A stretch of DNA of 64,000 nucleotides from Pristiophorus japonicus. Lineage: Eukaryota. This document shows positions 37,016-49,490 of the stretch, in pieces. The stretch is taken from positions 9,858,001-9,922,000 of the forward strand of contig NC_092002.1 in the NCBI RefSeq assembly GCF_044704955.1. Reading direction: 5' to 3'. Position 1 is the first letter of the stretch; each line of letters starts with the position of its first letter. A program made the translations under genes and the position numbers. The notes beneath the pieces are model-generated. The model worked only from the letters and a program-made list of their open reading frames with translations, made no database searches and was not told the origin of the DNA.

Positions 37016-37629
37016 GATGAGTTGGGGGCGGGGGTGTGGGGGGCAGGAGAAATGACTGCCTTTAGACGAGGGTTCCCTCGTTTAGGAACATAGGGGCAGG
37101 AGGAGGCCATTCAGCCCCTCGAGCCTGTTCCGTCATTCAGTGAGATCGTGGCTGATTTATATCGCAACTTCATCTACCCACCTTGGTTCTGTAATTCTTA
37201 TTACCCGGGCCTAAGAAAAATCTCTGTCTTAAATTTTCAATTGACGCCCACCAAACCCCCCCACCCCCCCCCAGATGCAGCAACTTTTTTTTGCGGGGGG
37301 GCAGGGGAGAGAGTTCCAGATTGCCACGACCTCTTTGTTTGACTGCGTACCACCTCAATAAAGGTCCTCTGTTTAATATCATGGCGGAAAACATATTTTT
37401 ATTAGTATACCGCAATAGAAATAATGTGGCGGCGAGTCAGCGTTTGTAGATTTAATGTTTCCCGGAGACCCCTGCGATTGTCGCACAGACCCCCAGGAAC
37501 CCACCTGCCCCCCACTCTGTGATCTGGGCCACCTGCACTCCCAAACCCCGGCGATCTAAATAAACCACTTCTGCTAAATATTTTCACAGCCCCGGGATCA
37601 GCCCTGTGAACAGCGTATTCTTTAAAAAG

Positions 37630-38100
37630 AAAGACAGACTTGCATTTATATAGCGCCTTTCACAACCACCGGACGTCTCAAAGCGCTTTACAGCCAATGA
37701 AGTACTTTTTGAAGTGCAGTCACTGTTGTAATGTGGGAAACGCGGCAGCCAGTTTGTGCACAGCAAGCTCCCACAAACAGCAATGTGATAATGACCCAGA
37801 TAATCTGTGTTTGTTATGTTGATTGAGGGATAAATATTGGCCCCAGGACACCGGGGAGAACGCCCCCTGCTCTTCTTCGAGATAGTGGGCGCAGGATCTT
37901 TTACATCCACCCGAGAGAGCAGGCGGGGCCTCGGTTTAACATCTCATCCGAAAGGTGGCACCTCCGACAGTGCGGCACTCCCTCAGCACTGCACTGGGAG
38001 TGTCAGCCTGGATTTTTGTGCTCAAGTCCCTGGAGTGGGACTTGAACCCACGACCTTCTGACTCGGAGGCGAGAGTGCTGCCCACTGAGCCACAGCTGAC
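37630..38100 (-). mobile_element. DeuSINE copy, full length
   Basis: Colinear with the SINE consensus seen in the window. Confidence 0.9.
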
Positions 38101-38359
38101 AGTCGGGAAACTTATCAGTCGGGACTTTTAAATCTGTTTCTGCTCACCGACAGGAGATGCCCAGGAGCTTGGCGACAGGTGGGGTGATTCTCCTCGAGTT
38201 TGTGATCATTCCCGCGTGAAAAATACAAACAATGTAATCTTTGATTACAAGAAAATCGCCCTACCACACGACTAAATGAGGGCTCTAAAACCACAACCGA
38301 AATTCTGGGAGGATTTATTTATTTGGTTCTCCTCTCCCCTTTGCTCTTTTTATTCTCTT

Positions 38360-38712
38360 TCTTGACAGGGTAGATTGCAGGGACGGTGTTTCCCCCGGGC
38401 TGGGGAGTCTAGAACCAGGGGTCACACAGTCTCAGGATAAGGGGTCGGCCATTTAGGACTGAGATGAGGAGAAACTTCTTACTCAGAGGGTGGTGAATCT
38501 TTGGAATTCTCTGCCCCAGAGGGCTGAGGAGGCTCAGTCATTGAGTATATTCAAGGCTGAGATCGATAGATTTTTGGATATTAAGGGAATCGAGGGATAT
38601 GGGGATCGGGCGGGAAAGTGGAGTTGAGGTCGAAGATCAGCCGTGATCTCATTGAATGGCGGAGCAGGCTCGAGGGGCCGAATGGCCGACTCCTGCTCCT
38701 AATTCTTATGTA
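38360..38712 (+). mobile_element. CR1 LINE 3' fragment
   Basis: SRTRGH/FFTQRVV region plus tail. Confidence 0.85.
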
Positions 38713-39084
38713 ATACCACCTATCTTTCAGTCATCGGCAAATTTGGACATGTGGCTTTCTATCCCATCATCTCAGTCGTTAATAAACGTGGGGAATAGTT
38801 GAGGCTCCAACACTGGGGCAGTGATCGAAGGCCCGAGCTTTAGTAGGAGGTTATCTGCCGGGATCTGTGGGGAGAGATGGTCAGAGATAATAAGGAGGGA
38901 ACAAAATGGGGGTGGCGGGGAGGTAGAGAGAGTGGGGATACATCAGTGTGCCAGCAACTCATTGTTACTCCATGAGTTTCCGAAGGAAATGCTCTTTATC
39001 AGGGCAAGGGGAAAAAGTTTCAGGACAATGGGGAAAGGGCAGGAGAATGGACCTAACCGGACAGCATTTTCCCATTGACCCATC

Positions 39085-39537
39085 CCCCCCTGTGCTCGCT
39101 GACCAACATTGGCTCCCGGTCCGGCAACGCACAATTTGAAAAAATTCCCATCCTTATTTTCAAATCCCTCCACGGCCTCGCCCCTCCCCCGTCTCTGTAA
39201 CCTCCTCCAGCCCCACAACCCCACCCCCGCCCCCCGAGATATCTCCGCTCCTCCAATTATCCCCGAGTATCCCCGATTTCCATCGCTCAGCCACTGGTGG
39301 CCGTGCCTTCAGCTGCCTGGGCCCCAAGCTCTGGAACTCCCTGCCTAAACCTCTCCGCCTCTCTCTCCTCCTTTAAGACGTTCCTTAGAGCCTACCTCTT
39401 TGACCCAGCTTATGGTCACCTGCCCCAATATCTCCCTCTGCGGCTTGGCGTCAAATTGTGCCAGGTAACGCGTCTGTGAAATGCCTGGGGACGTTTTACG
39501 ACGTTAAAGGCGCTGTATAAATGCAAGTTGTTGTTGT
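39085..39537 (+). mobile_element. L2 LINE 3' fragment ending about 100 nt upstream of GPCR copy A
   Basis: LADQHWLPV...GPKLWNSLP; (TTG)n tail. Confidence 0.85.
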
Positions 39538-39596
39538 CTCACGATGGGCCAAATGGCCTCCTTCAGTGCTGTCTCATTCTGCGATTCAATGATTGT

Positions 39597-39619
39597 AAAG
39601 TGTTGTGCTTTATTTAAAG
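39597..39619 (+). promoter_or_regulatory. Probable 3' splice acceptor upstream of GPCR copy A (5'UTR intron)
   Basis: AAAGTGTTGTGCTTTATTTAAAG| is homologous to GAAGTGCTGTGTTTTATCCCAAAG| upstream of copy B (about 61783-61760, minus), although the flanks are unrelated repeats. Confidence 0.5.
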
Positions 39620-39637
39620 GGTGAAGCTCAGGAAACG

Positions 39638-40714
39638 ATGGAAACGGAGACCGTCGGGAACAGCAGCAGCTTCTTCAACGGCAGTTCCCCGGTGAGCTTC
39701 CCCGACACTGACCTGCTCCAGCAGTACAAGTGCTTCTTCATCCTGCTCTACTGCGCCCTGGTGGCCGTGGCCTGCGTGGGCAACGTCTTCCTGATCGGCT
39801 GCATCGCGGCCGACAAGAAGCTCCACAACGCCACCAACTTCTTCATCGGCAACCTGTCGCTCGCCGACCTGCTCATGTGCCTGACCTGCGTCCCCCCGAC
39901 CCTGTCCTACGCCTTCGAGCCGCGGGGCTGGCTCTTCGGGCGGCTCATGTGCCACTTTGTCTCGCTCATGCAGTCCGCCACGGTCTACGTCTCGGTGCTG
40001 TCGCTGGCCGCCATCGCGGTGGACCGCTACGTGGTGGTGGCCTACCCCATCCACCAGCGGATCACCCGCCACTGGTTCGGCCTCATCATCGGCGCCATAT
40101 GGATGGTCTCCCTTGCCCTGGCCAGCCCCGCCAGCGTTCACACCTGGTACCTGGAGTTCAGCGCGGTTGACTTCAACGCCTGCGGGGAGTCGTGGCCGAG
40201 CTTGGAGCAACAGAGGCTGGCCTATTCCTGCGTGGTTCTTCTCCTCTCCTACATGGTGCCGCTCGCTGCCGTCACCATCTCCTACTGTGCCATCACCGTC
40301 CATCTCAGGAGGAGGAATGACCTGAGGGAGGCAGGGAGGGACCACGTCAGATGGAGCCGAGGCAAAAGAAAGACCTTCCTCCTCTTAGTCATCTCCGTCC
40401 TGGTCTTTGGCGTCTGCTGGCTTCCGCTGCAAATCCTGAACCTGATCATCGACGCAGACGTCAACCTGACGGTCCTCAACTACAAGTACGTGAAGGTCCT
40501 CCACCTGTCCTGCCACTGGTTGGCCATGAGCTCCTCGTGTTACAACCCCTTCATCTACGCCTCGCTCCACCAGAAGTTCAGGCTGCACCTCAGGGGCTAC
40601 GCCCAACAGCGCAAGAGGAACAGCAGCTTCATGTCCAGCATCTCCTCCCCCTCGCACGCCGCGGCAGCTGACCTTCTCAAACTGGAGATGGCCAACCGGT
40701 CCGGCAGCCGCTGA
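39638..40714 (+). CDS. Prolactin-releasing peptide receptor-like class A GPCR, copy A (358 aa)
   Basis: First ATG of ORF 39605-40714. Motifs GN (TM1), KKLHNATNFFIGNLSLADL, AFEPRGWLFG, AVDRY, CWLP and SCHWLAMSSSCYNPFIYASLH match the PRLHR/NPY-receptor family. Intact and GC3-rich. Subtype (PRLHR1/2/3) not assignable by eye. Confidence 0.92.
   Translation: METETVGNSSSFFNGSSPVSFPDTDLLQQYKCFFILLYCALVAVACVGNVFLIGCIAADKKLHNATNFFIGNLSLADLLMCLTCVPPTLSYAFEPRGWLFGRLMCHFVSLMQSATVYVSVLSLAAIAVDRYVVVAYPIHQRITRHWFGLIIGAIWMVSLALASPASVHTWYLEFSAVDFNACGESWPSLEQQRLAYSCVVLLLSYMVPLAAVTISYCAITVHLRRRNDLREAGRDHVRWSRGKRKTFLLLVISVLVFGVCWLPLQILNLIIDADVNLTVLNYKYVKVLHLSCHWLAMSSSCYNPFIYASLHQKFRLHLRGYAQQRKRNSSFMSSISSPSHAAAADLLKLEMANRSGSR
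39707..40063 (+). repeat. Arm 1 of long-range inverted repeat shared by the two GPCR genes (partner 61300-61656)
   Basis: 39707-40040 is identical to the reverse complement of 61323-61656; one C/T mismatch at 40041, then identical to 40063. Confidence 0.95.
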
Positions 40715-40744
40715 AGCCCCCAGCCCGCGAGGGGTTACCGCGCG

Positions 40745-41180
40745 TTGAGTTTTGGGCACGATATTTGGCGTCGGGCCGTCAATGGCGGCACGGCAAGCGA
40801 GCCTCAGGAGGGCAGAGGAAACGCCGCAAAGGGACACCCTCGAAGCCTGCTTGGGAAAAAAGAAAGTGCAACGTCCCCACCGGCACCCGGGGAATCCCTG
40901 GCCCGAGACCACCCAAAGTGGAGGGGGAGCGTCTGGGAAGGCGCCGAACGCCTCGAGGATCTTCGCCGGGAGCACGCGGAAGCCAAGCGCAAACAGCGGA
41001 AGGAGCGCACCGACAAACCCAGGCCCCCACCCCCCCCACCCACCCAACGTCCCCCCAACCATCGTCTGCCCCACCATGACAGAGACTGTAGGTCCCGCCT
41101 TGGTCTCAGTCACCTTAGAACTCATATTGGCGTGGAAGCAAGTCAACCTCAACTCCGAGGGACTGCCTAAGAGAGAGAAG
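40745..41180 (+). mobile_element. RTE LINE 3' fragment starting about 30 nt after the copy A stop codon
   Basis: HGKRASGGQRKR...DHPKWR...KRKQRKER...RLGLSHLRTH. Confidence 0.8.
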
Positions 41181-42815
41181 AATCATTAATTGCTACACTC
41201 TACAACATGGGGTCAACACATGGCTCCCATCGTACTGAGCCACACTAACCATAAGATCCCAGAATTGATCCCTGCTGATCTCCGCTGGGAGAGAGATGAG
41301 AATGATCCTGGGATGGAGACAGAATCAGTCAGCGTTCGCGCTCCCGATCGCTGTCTCGTTTTCTGCGGGGAGCACCGTTCGATTTGTACCGTCACCGGGA
41401 GCTCGATTTAACACCAAGTTTGATGATCCTGTGAGACGATATCAGTTGTGATCGAATAGCTCAGGCTCACGTAACAGGGTAAGGCCGTGAGAAGGCTGGT
41501 ACCATCCATCGCGCGCTTGTGGAGCTCCCAATCAGACCCTGGAGCACAGCATCGAGCGATACCCTCAGGGGGAATTCACAGGCCGCCTCCAAGATATCCA
41601 CGCTGTTACACCGGAAGCTTTGGCCTGGATAGCCCACTTAGATATTAACGTTTGATTTGCTTTACCGTATGAATGAAGAAGAAGCTGTCCAATGGCTCTT
41701 ACCGGGAAGGGCACGTGTGCGTATATTGAGGAGAAAACCGGATCGAATTTGGCGGCAATGCACACCATGGTGGAAGAGCCGGCCAACGCTCATCACCCGG
41801 ACTCGCGCGTAAAGGGTGAGGTAACGGAGAACGGCTTGAGGAACTGTACCAACCATGACTCAGCCCCTTCAGGGGAGAAATTGGGAAAGTTGGATAAGGG
41901 GACACAAGCTCAAACTAGTGAAATGATATCGGGGACTGAGACTGGGACTGATCGGAGAGTGGTCAACGCTTGGAATGGACTGGGCCGGTGCCAGAGGCAG
42001 AAACCCTGGACTCATTTGAGAAATAACTAGATACAACAGTGGGGGACATTCAGTGCTGTTATAGATTGATAATTAAAATGGACCAAATGACTTTCCTCAT
42101 CCGTTACTCTCTTGTAATCTTGTGAACTGACCCTAGGCTGCATTATGTTCAATGCTGGCTGTTAAACAGAGTTCCCATTGGCTGTTGCGGGCAACAAAAT
42201 TCATGGTTTGTGCTGTCTAAGGTAGTCTGCTTGTAGGGTCTATCCTCAAGATGGTCCTACAAGGTCTGCCATTGAGATGGTCCTACAAGGTCTAACATTG
42301 AGATGGTACAATATATAAGAACATAAGAAATAGGAGTAGGCCATTCGGCCCCTCGAGCCTGCTCCGCCATTCAATGAGATCATGGCTGATCTTTGACCAC
42401 TTTCCTGACCGCTTCCCCATATCCCTTGATTCCCTCAATATCCAAAAATGTATTGATGTCCGTCTTGAATACACTCAACGACTGAGCCTCCACAGCCCTC
42501 TGGGGTAGAGAATTCCAAAGAATTACCACCCTCTGAGTGAAGAAGTTTCTCCTCATCTCAGTCCTAAATAGTTGACCTCTTATTCTGAGACTGTGATCCC
42601 TGGTTCTCGACTCTTCAGCCAGGGGGAAACATGCTCCCTGCATCCACCCTGGAAGAATTTTGTAAGCTTCAATGAGATGCTAAACCGAGGCCCCATCTGC
42701 CCCCTCAGGTGGATGTAAAAGATCCCACGGTACTATTTCAAAGAAGAGCAGGGGAGTTATCCCCGGTGTTCTGGCCAACATCTACCCTGACAAGCCCTGT
42801 AAGAATTTTGCATGT

Positions 42816-43460
42816 TTGAGATGATCCTATAAGGTCTATCCTTGAGATGGTCCTATAAGGTCTATCCTTGAGATGGTCCTATAAGGTCTATCCTTGAGAT
42901 GGTCCTATAAGGTCTACCCTTGAGATGGTCCTATAAGGTCTATTGTAATAGTTCTATAAGGTCTATCCTTGAGATGGTTCTATAAGGTCTATCCTTGAGA
43001 TGATCCTATAAGGTCTATCCTTGAGATGATCCTATAAGGTCTATCCTTGAGATGGTCCTATAAGGTCTACCCTTGAGATGGTCCTATAAGGTCTACCCTT
43101 GAGATGGTCCTATAAGGTCTATTGTAATAGTTCTATAAGGTCTATCCTTGAGATGGTCCTATAAGGTCTATCCTTGAGATGATCCTATAAGGTCTATCCT
43201 TGAGATGATCCTATAAGGTCTATCCTTGAGATGGTCCTATAAGGTCTACCCTTGAGATGGTTCTATAAGGTCTACCCTTGAGATGGTCCTATAAGGTCTA
43301 TTGTAATAGTTCTATAAGGTCTATCCTTGAGATGGTCCTATAAGGTCTATCCTTGAGATGGTCCTATAAGGTCTACCCTTGAGATGGTCCTATAAGGTCT
43401 ATTGTAATAGTTCTATAAGGTCTATCCTTGAGATGGTCCTATAAGGTCTACCCTTGAGAT
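42816..43460. repeat. 26-bp minisatellite, about 25 units with recurrent variant units
   Basis: TTGAGATGGTCCTATAAGGTCTAYCC; related degenerate units at 42235-42310, on the other side of a CR1/SINE insertion (42318-42815). Confidence 0.93.
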
Positions 43461-44092
43461 GAGAGAGCTCTCGGAAGCTTTGCTGATAGTTCACGTCAGA
43501 CTTGCCGGTTCGGCTGCACAGTTACAAGTGTGAAGCTTTCCCCTCCTTTAGCCATTGGGCAATGAGGCCAACCATTGTGCCTCAGCCGAGATCAGCTGAC
43601 TCGATGCAGCCCAGAGAGGTCTTTCATGGTCCCTGCCTTTCCCATTGGGCAAGGGACTCACTGAACCACTGCCGAAGTTTCTGGACATTATTTCGGTCGG
43701 AATGATACAGGATTTTCTTCCGAGCTCTCGTCTACATCGCTCTTTGCACCCTTGCCCTCCTCCCCTCTGTGGGCCGGTCCCTCCTCTTGGCCGATGGGAC
43801 CATCTCACCATAAGGACGCTGTCAGCTTCTCGTTGACATGTCCAAGAGAGCCCCTTGAGTGCTGTCAGCCAGAAGGGCGTCTGACTGAATGAATCGTTTC
43901 TGATAGTTTATGAAATAGATAACACTGGTATTAATGAAAGATAAACACGAGGTTTAAAACTAACAAGAAATACCTTGTATCAAATAAGCGATATTATAGA
44001 TCGACTGGGTGACGGAAGAAACCTTCAGCACAAAGGGATGACTTGTGCCTTGATAGAGTGAGAGTGACCCTCCTTTGCCAGCTTGTGCTGTG

Positions 44093-44558
44093 AAAGAAAG
44101 ACTTGCATTTATATAGCACCTTTCACAATCCACCAGCAGACTCAAAGCGCTTTACAGCCAATGAAGTACTTTTTGGAGCGTAGTCACTGCTGTAATGTGG
44201 GAAACACGGCAGCCAATTTGCGCACAGCAAGCTCCCGCAAACGGCAATGTGATAATGACCCAGATCATCTGTTTTTGTTATGTTGGTTGAGGGATAAATA
44301 TTGGCCCCAGGACACCGGGGAGAACTCCCCTGCTCTTCTTCGAAATAGTGGCCGTGGGATCTTTTATGTCCACCTGAGAGAGCAGACTGGGCCTCGGTTT
44401 AACGTCTCATCCGAAAGACGGCCCCTCCGACAGTGCGGCGCTCCCTCAGCACTGCACTGGGAGTGTCAGCCTGGATTTTTGTGCTCAAGTCCCTGGAGTG
44501 GGTTAAACCCACGATCTTCTGACTCAGAGGCAAGTGTGCTGCCCACTGAGCCACGACT
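44093..44558 (-). mobile_element. DeuSINE copy, full length
   Basis: Colinear with the consensus. Confidence 0.9.
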
Positions 44559-45437
44559 GACTTACTTCCTTTTTTTCTTTCCTTCTTAGCCTGAGGGCTG
44601 AGGACAGAAGAAGGAAAAGGTTGCCCCTCCCTCAAGCATCACTTGAAGGCGATGTTTGGAGGAAGTGCGTTTGATGCAAATTCTTCCCCCACTCAACAGT
44701 TGCAAAAATGACGGGATTATAAAAATATTAGCAGATCTCCCGTGCCATTGCTCATGGTGAGAGGATATGCTAAAGTGTGGCAGGAAGTGAGTGTGACAAT
44801 GTAAAGTGTGACAGGAAGTGAGCGTGACAGTGTAAATTGTGACAGGAAGTGGGTGTGACGCTTACGGGTAGTGCATGCTACATCCAAGACTTTTGGCATA
44901 TCGTAGACTTGTTGCTGTTTTTTCTTGACAAAAACACTGAATATCCTGGACCCATGGATGCCAGCCATTCTGGGTCTGATTTGCTCCAGACAACTCCGGT
45001 GGGTTTGCAACTTTGAACTGGCACGAGAAACCGATCCAGAGCTGGTAGAAAGTTTCCCAGGCATGTCTAGAGATGCAGCCATTGTTGCAGGTTCTTCATG
45101 GCTCAGGCGGTAACTTCTGATCATGGCATCACTGGAGGAACCTTGAGAAGGGCTGCCCAGAAATGGCAGATTTCCACATCTAGGAACATAGGAACAGGAC
45201 GAGGCCTTCATTCAATGAGATCTTGGCTGATCTGGATCTCAACTCCATTGATCTGCCTTGGTTCCTTGCCTAACAAAAATCTATCGATCTTAGTCTTGAT
45301 AGCTCCAATTGTTCCCCAGTATCCACAACCTTTTCGGGGAAGAGAGTTCCAGCTTCCCACCACCCTTTGTGTGAAGAAGTGCTTCCTGACATCACCCCTG
45401 GACGGTTTGGAGAGAAATAGTTTCTCTCTGTCTGGTA

Positions 45438-46262
45438 GATGCAGTATAATGTAGATAAATGTGAGGTTGTCCACTTTGGTGGCAAAAACAGGAAGGCAGA
45501 ATATTATCTGAATGGTGACAGATTAGGAAAAGGGGAGGTGCAACGAGACCTGGGTGTCATGGTACATCAGTCATTGAAAGTTGGCATGCAGGTACAGCAG
45601 GCCGTGAAGAAGGCAAATGACATGTTGGCCTTCTTAGCGAGAGCATTTGAATATAGGAGCAGGGGGTTTTATTGCAGTTGTACAGGGCCTTGGTGAGACC
45701 ACACCTTGAATATTGTGTGCAGTTTTGGTCTCCTAATCTGAGGAAGGACATTCTTGCTATTGAGGGAGTGCAGCGAAGGTTCACCAGACTGATTCCCGGG
45801 ATGGCAGGACTGACATATGAAGAAAGACTGGATCGACTAGGCTTATATTCACTGGAATTTAGAAAAATAAGAGGGGATCTCATAGAAACATATAAAATTC
45901 TGACGGGATTGGACAGGTTAGATGCAGGAAGAATGTTCCCGATGTTGGGGAAGTCCAGAACCAGGGGTCACAGTCTAAGGATAAGCCATTTAAGACTGAG
46001 ATGAGGAGAAACTTCTTCACTCAGAGAATTGTGAACCTGTGGAATTCTCTACCACAGAAAGTTGTTGAGGCCAGTTCGTTAGATATATTCAAAAGGGAGT
46101 TAGATGTGGCCCTTATGGTTTAAGGGATCAAGGGGTATGGAGAGAAAGCAGGAATGGGGTACTGAAGTTGCAAAAATGATCAGCCATAATCATATTGAAT
46201 GGTGGTGCAGCCTCAATGTGCCGAATGGCCTACTCCTGCATCTAATTTCTATGTTTCTATGT
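45438..46262 (+). mobile_element. CR1 LINE 3' fragment
   Basis: MQYNVDKCEVVHFG...QRDLGV...RPHLEYCVQFWSP...; (TTTCTATG)n tail. Confidence 0.93.
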
Positions 46263-46964
46263 TACCCTATCTAATCTTTCAAGCATCTTAAACACCTCAA
46301 TTAGATTACCCCTTTGTCTTCTATACTCAAGGGAATACAAAGCCAGTCTGTGCAACCTGGCCTCATAATATAACCCTTACCTCCCCCGTACCATTCTGAA
46401 TATATTTTTTAACACAGATCTCAGAGGCGAACTTTCGATAAAAAAAGCACTTCAGCCTGGACTTTCCGAATGTTTTAGGCAAATGGGGAGGGAAGGGCAG
46501 AGCCCAGGGATGAGATGTACACAGTTGGTTTTGCAGTAACCTTCTGACCAAGGAGTTAGGGCAAGAAGCCAACCTCGGAGGGGGACAGAGAGAAAATAGA
46601 GATAGCGGGGAGAAGATAAATGGATTCTTCAATCATCACCATGAGCTCCGTATGCCTTGCCAAGGAAGGATAATGAGCCAAGAAATGCACAATTTGTTTG
46701 CCAAGTTGTGATATATCTAGATCAAAATTTGTCTTGGAGCAACAATTTTGTAGAAATGACAAATAAACCAGCCATTTATAAATTTCCGCCGCCTTAAATC
46801 AGTCACTTAGTAACCTTTAGAAAGCTTTTACATTTAATCTCTGTTTTTTCTTTGCTTTATCTAAAGGCGCAACTCCTTGTTGGGTTCCAATCTCACAGAC
46901 ATTGCCAGCCTTTCTGTGTCTCACCAAACGGCCATACACATTGGACGTTCTCCTGGACGTATTG

Positions 46965-47434
46965 TATACAGGTCTCCTTACCCAAGGAAGGATATACTTG
47001 CCATAGAGGGAGTGCAACGAAGGTTCACCAGACTGATTCCTGGGATGGGGGGATTGTCCTATGAGGAGAGATTGAGTAGACTAGGCCGATATTCTCTAGA
47101 GTTTAGAAGAATGAGAGGTGATCTCATTGAAACATACAACATTGTTACAGGGCTTGACAGGGTAGATGCCGAGAGGATGTTTCCCCCCCGGGCTGGGGAG
47201 TCTGGAACCAGGGGTCACACAGTCTCAGGATAAGGGGTCGGCCATTTAGGACTGAGATGAGGAGAAATTTCTTCACTCAGAGGGTGATGAATCTTTGGAA
47301 TTCTCTGCCCCAGAGATCTGTGGAGGCTCAGTCATTGAGTATATTCAAGACAGAGATCGATAGGTTTTTGGATATTAAGGGAATCAAGGGATATAGGGAT
47401 CGGGCGGGAAAGTGGAGTTGAGGTCGAAGATCAG
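46965..47434 (+). mobile_element. CR1 LINE 3' fragment whose tail continues after the RTE at about 48150-48255
   Basis: SPYPRKDILAIEGVQRRFTRLIPG; GGAAAGTGGAGTTGAG..CGAAGA occurs on both sides of the RTE. Confidence 0.85.
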
Positions 47435-48150
47435 TCATCATCATCATCATCATAGGCAGTTCCTCGGTATCGAGGAAGACTTGCTTCCACTTATGAAGTG
47501 AGTTCTTTGGTGGCTGAACAGTCCAATACGAGAACCACAGTCTCTGTCACAGGTGGGACAGACAGTGGTTGAGGGAAGGGGAGGGCGGGACTGGTTTGCC
47601 GCACGCTCCGTCCGCTGCCTGCGTTTGATTTCTGCACGCTCTCGGCGACGAGACTCGAGGTGCTCAGCGCCCTCCCGGATGCACTTCCTCCACTTAGGGC
47701 GGTCTTTGGCCAGGGACTCCCAGGTGTCGGTGGGGATGCCGCACTTTATCAGGGAGGTTTTGAGGGTGTCCTTGTAATGTTTCTTCTGCCCACCTTTAGC
47801 TCGTTTGCCGTGAAGGAGTTCCGAGTCGAGCGCTTGCTTTGGGAGTCTCGTGTCTGGCATGCGGACAATGTGGCCCTGCCCAGCGGAGCTGGTCGAGTGT
47901 GGTCAGTGCTTCAATGCTGGGGATGTTGGCCTGGTCGAGGACACTGATGTTGGTGCGTCTGTCCTCCCAGGGGATTTGTAGGATTTGCAGAGACACCATT
48001 GGTGGTATTTCTCCAGCAACTTGAGGTGTCTGCTGTACATGTCTCTGAGCCATACAGGAGGGTGGGGATTACTACAGCCCTGTAGACCATGAGCTTGGTG
48101 GCAGTATTGAGGGCCGGGTCTTCAAACACTCTTTTGCTCAGGCGGCCGAA
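47435..48150 (-). mobile_element. RTE LINE 3' fragment
   Basis: VFEDPALNTATKLMVYRAVVIPTLLYGSET...MPDTRLPKQ...CPTCDRDCGSRIGLFSHQRTH; (GAT)n tail. Confidence 0.92.
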
Positions 48151-48837
48151 GGAAAGTGGAGTTGAGATCGAAGAGCAGCCATGATCTTATTGAATGGCGG
48201 AGCAGGCTTGAGGGGCTAAATGGCCTCCTCCTGCTCCTAGTTCTTACGTTCTTATGCATCTGACCCAAGTGACCACGGCTATTGGTTCTTCTCCTGTATC
48301 TCACCCAAGTGACCATGGGCATTGGACGTTTGCTCGGATCTCAGCCAAGGTGACCATTCTCCACGTGGGAGACTAGACAATGAGTGTCGCCAAGGTCTTT
48401 GACCATGGTGGGGGCATCACAATCGAGGCAGATCCTACCCCACATCCAGACACACACTCGCACCTCCTAGCAGGGGGTCACTAGACAGGACAGGGCAGGG
48501 GGAACTGTAAGGAAATCTCTTAATTCAATTAAATGATTCCTCCTGATTCAGGCTCGAGCGAATTGTCCAAATGCAAGTTTAGTACTCAGACACCAATAGT
48601 GTAATAAGTATTACGGTTATACAATAGACTCAGGCAACTTGGTTTGTTGCAGACCCAAGGTGATCAAGCTCGGCCTCTATGGGTGATCTCCGACCGTCCC
48701 CTGAGCCCTCTCTTCACAGGAAGATCGCGACCTGTACTTTTGTCACATGTTCAACAGCCTTCCAGCCATCCTTAAAGCACCCTCCCCCTTAATGTGAGTC
48801 ACATCACATGAGGCCCAGAATGTATCCTAGCCCATAG

Positions 48838-49490
48838 TGTCAGCTGTGGCTCAGTGGGCAGCACACTCACCTCTGGGTCAGGAGGTTGTGGGTTCATAGT
48901 CCCACTCCAGGGACTTGAGCACATAAATCCAGGCTGACATTCCCAGTGCAGTGCTGAGGGAGTGCTGCACTGTCAGAGGTGTCGTCTTTCAGATGAGACA
49001 TTAAACTGAGGCCCTGTCTGCTCTCTCAGGTGGATTAAAAGATCCCATGGCACTAATTTGAAGAAGAGCAGGGGAGTTTTCCCTGGTTTCCTGGGCCCAA
49101 TATTTATCCCTCAATCAACGTCACTAAAAGAACAGATGAACTGGTCATTATCACGTTGCTGTGTGTGGGAGCTTGCTGTGCGCAAATTGGCTGCCGCGTT
49201 TCCCACAGTACAACAGTGACGACATTCCAAAAGTGGCTATAAAGTACTTCGTTGGCTGTAAAGCACTTCGGATAATTCCCCTGCTATTCTTTTACATCCA
49301 CCTGAGAGGGCAGACGGGACCTCAGTTTAACGTCTCATCCGAAAGGCAACACCTCCGACAGTGCGGCACTCCCTCAGCATTGCACTGGCAGCGTCAGTTT
49401 AGATTTATGTGCTCAAGTCCCTGGAGTGGGACTCGAACCTACTACCTTCTGACCCAGAGGCAAGTATGCTGCCCACTGAGCCATCACTGA
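48838..49490. mobile_element. Inverted DeuSINE pair (48838-49270 +, 49275-49490 -)
   Basis: Directly abutting opposite-strand copies. Confidence 0.85.

Noticed and set aside
48507-48835. Possible further solo LTR starting TGTAAGG
   Set aside because: No second copy, clear terminus or TSD could be established by eye.
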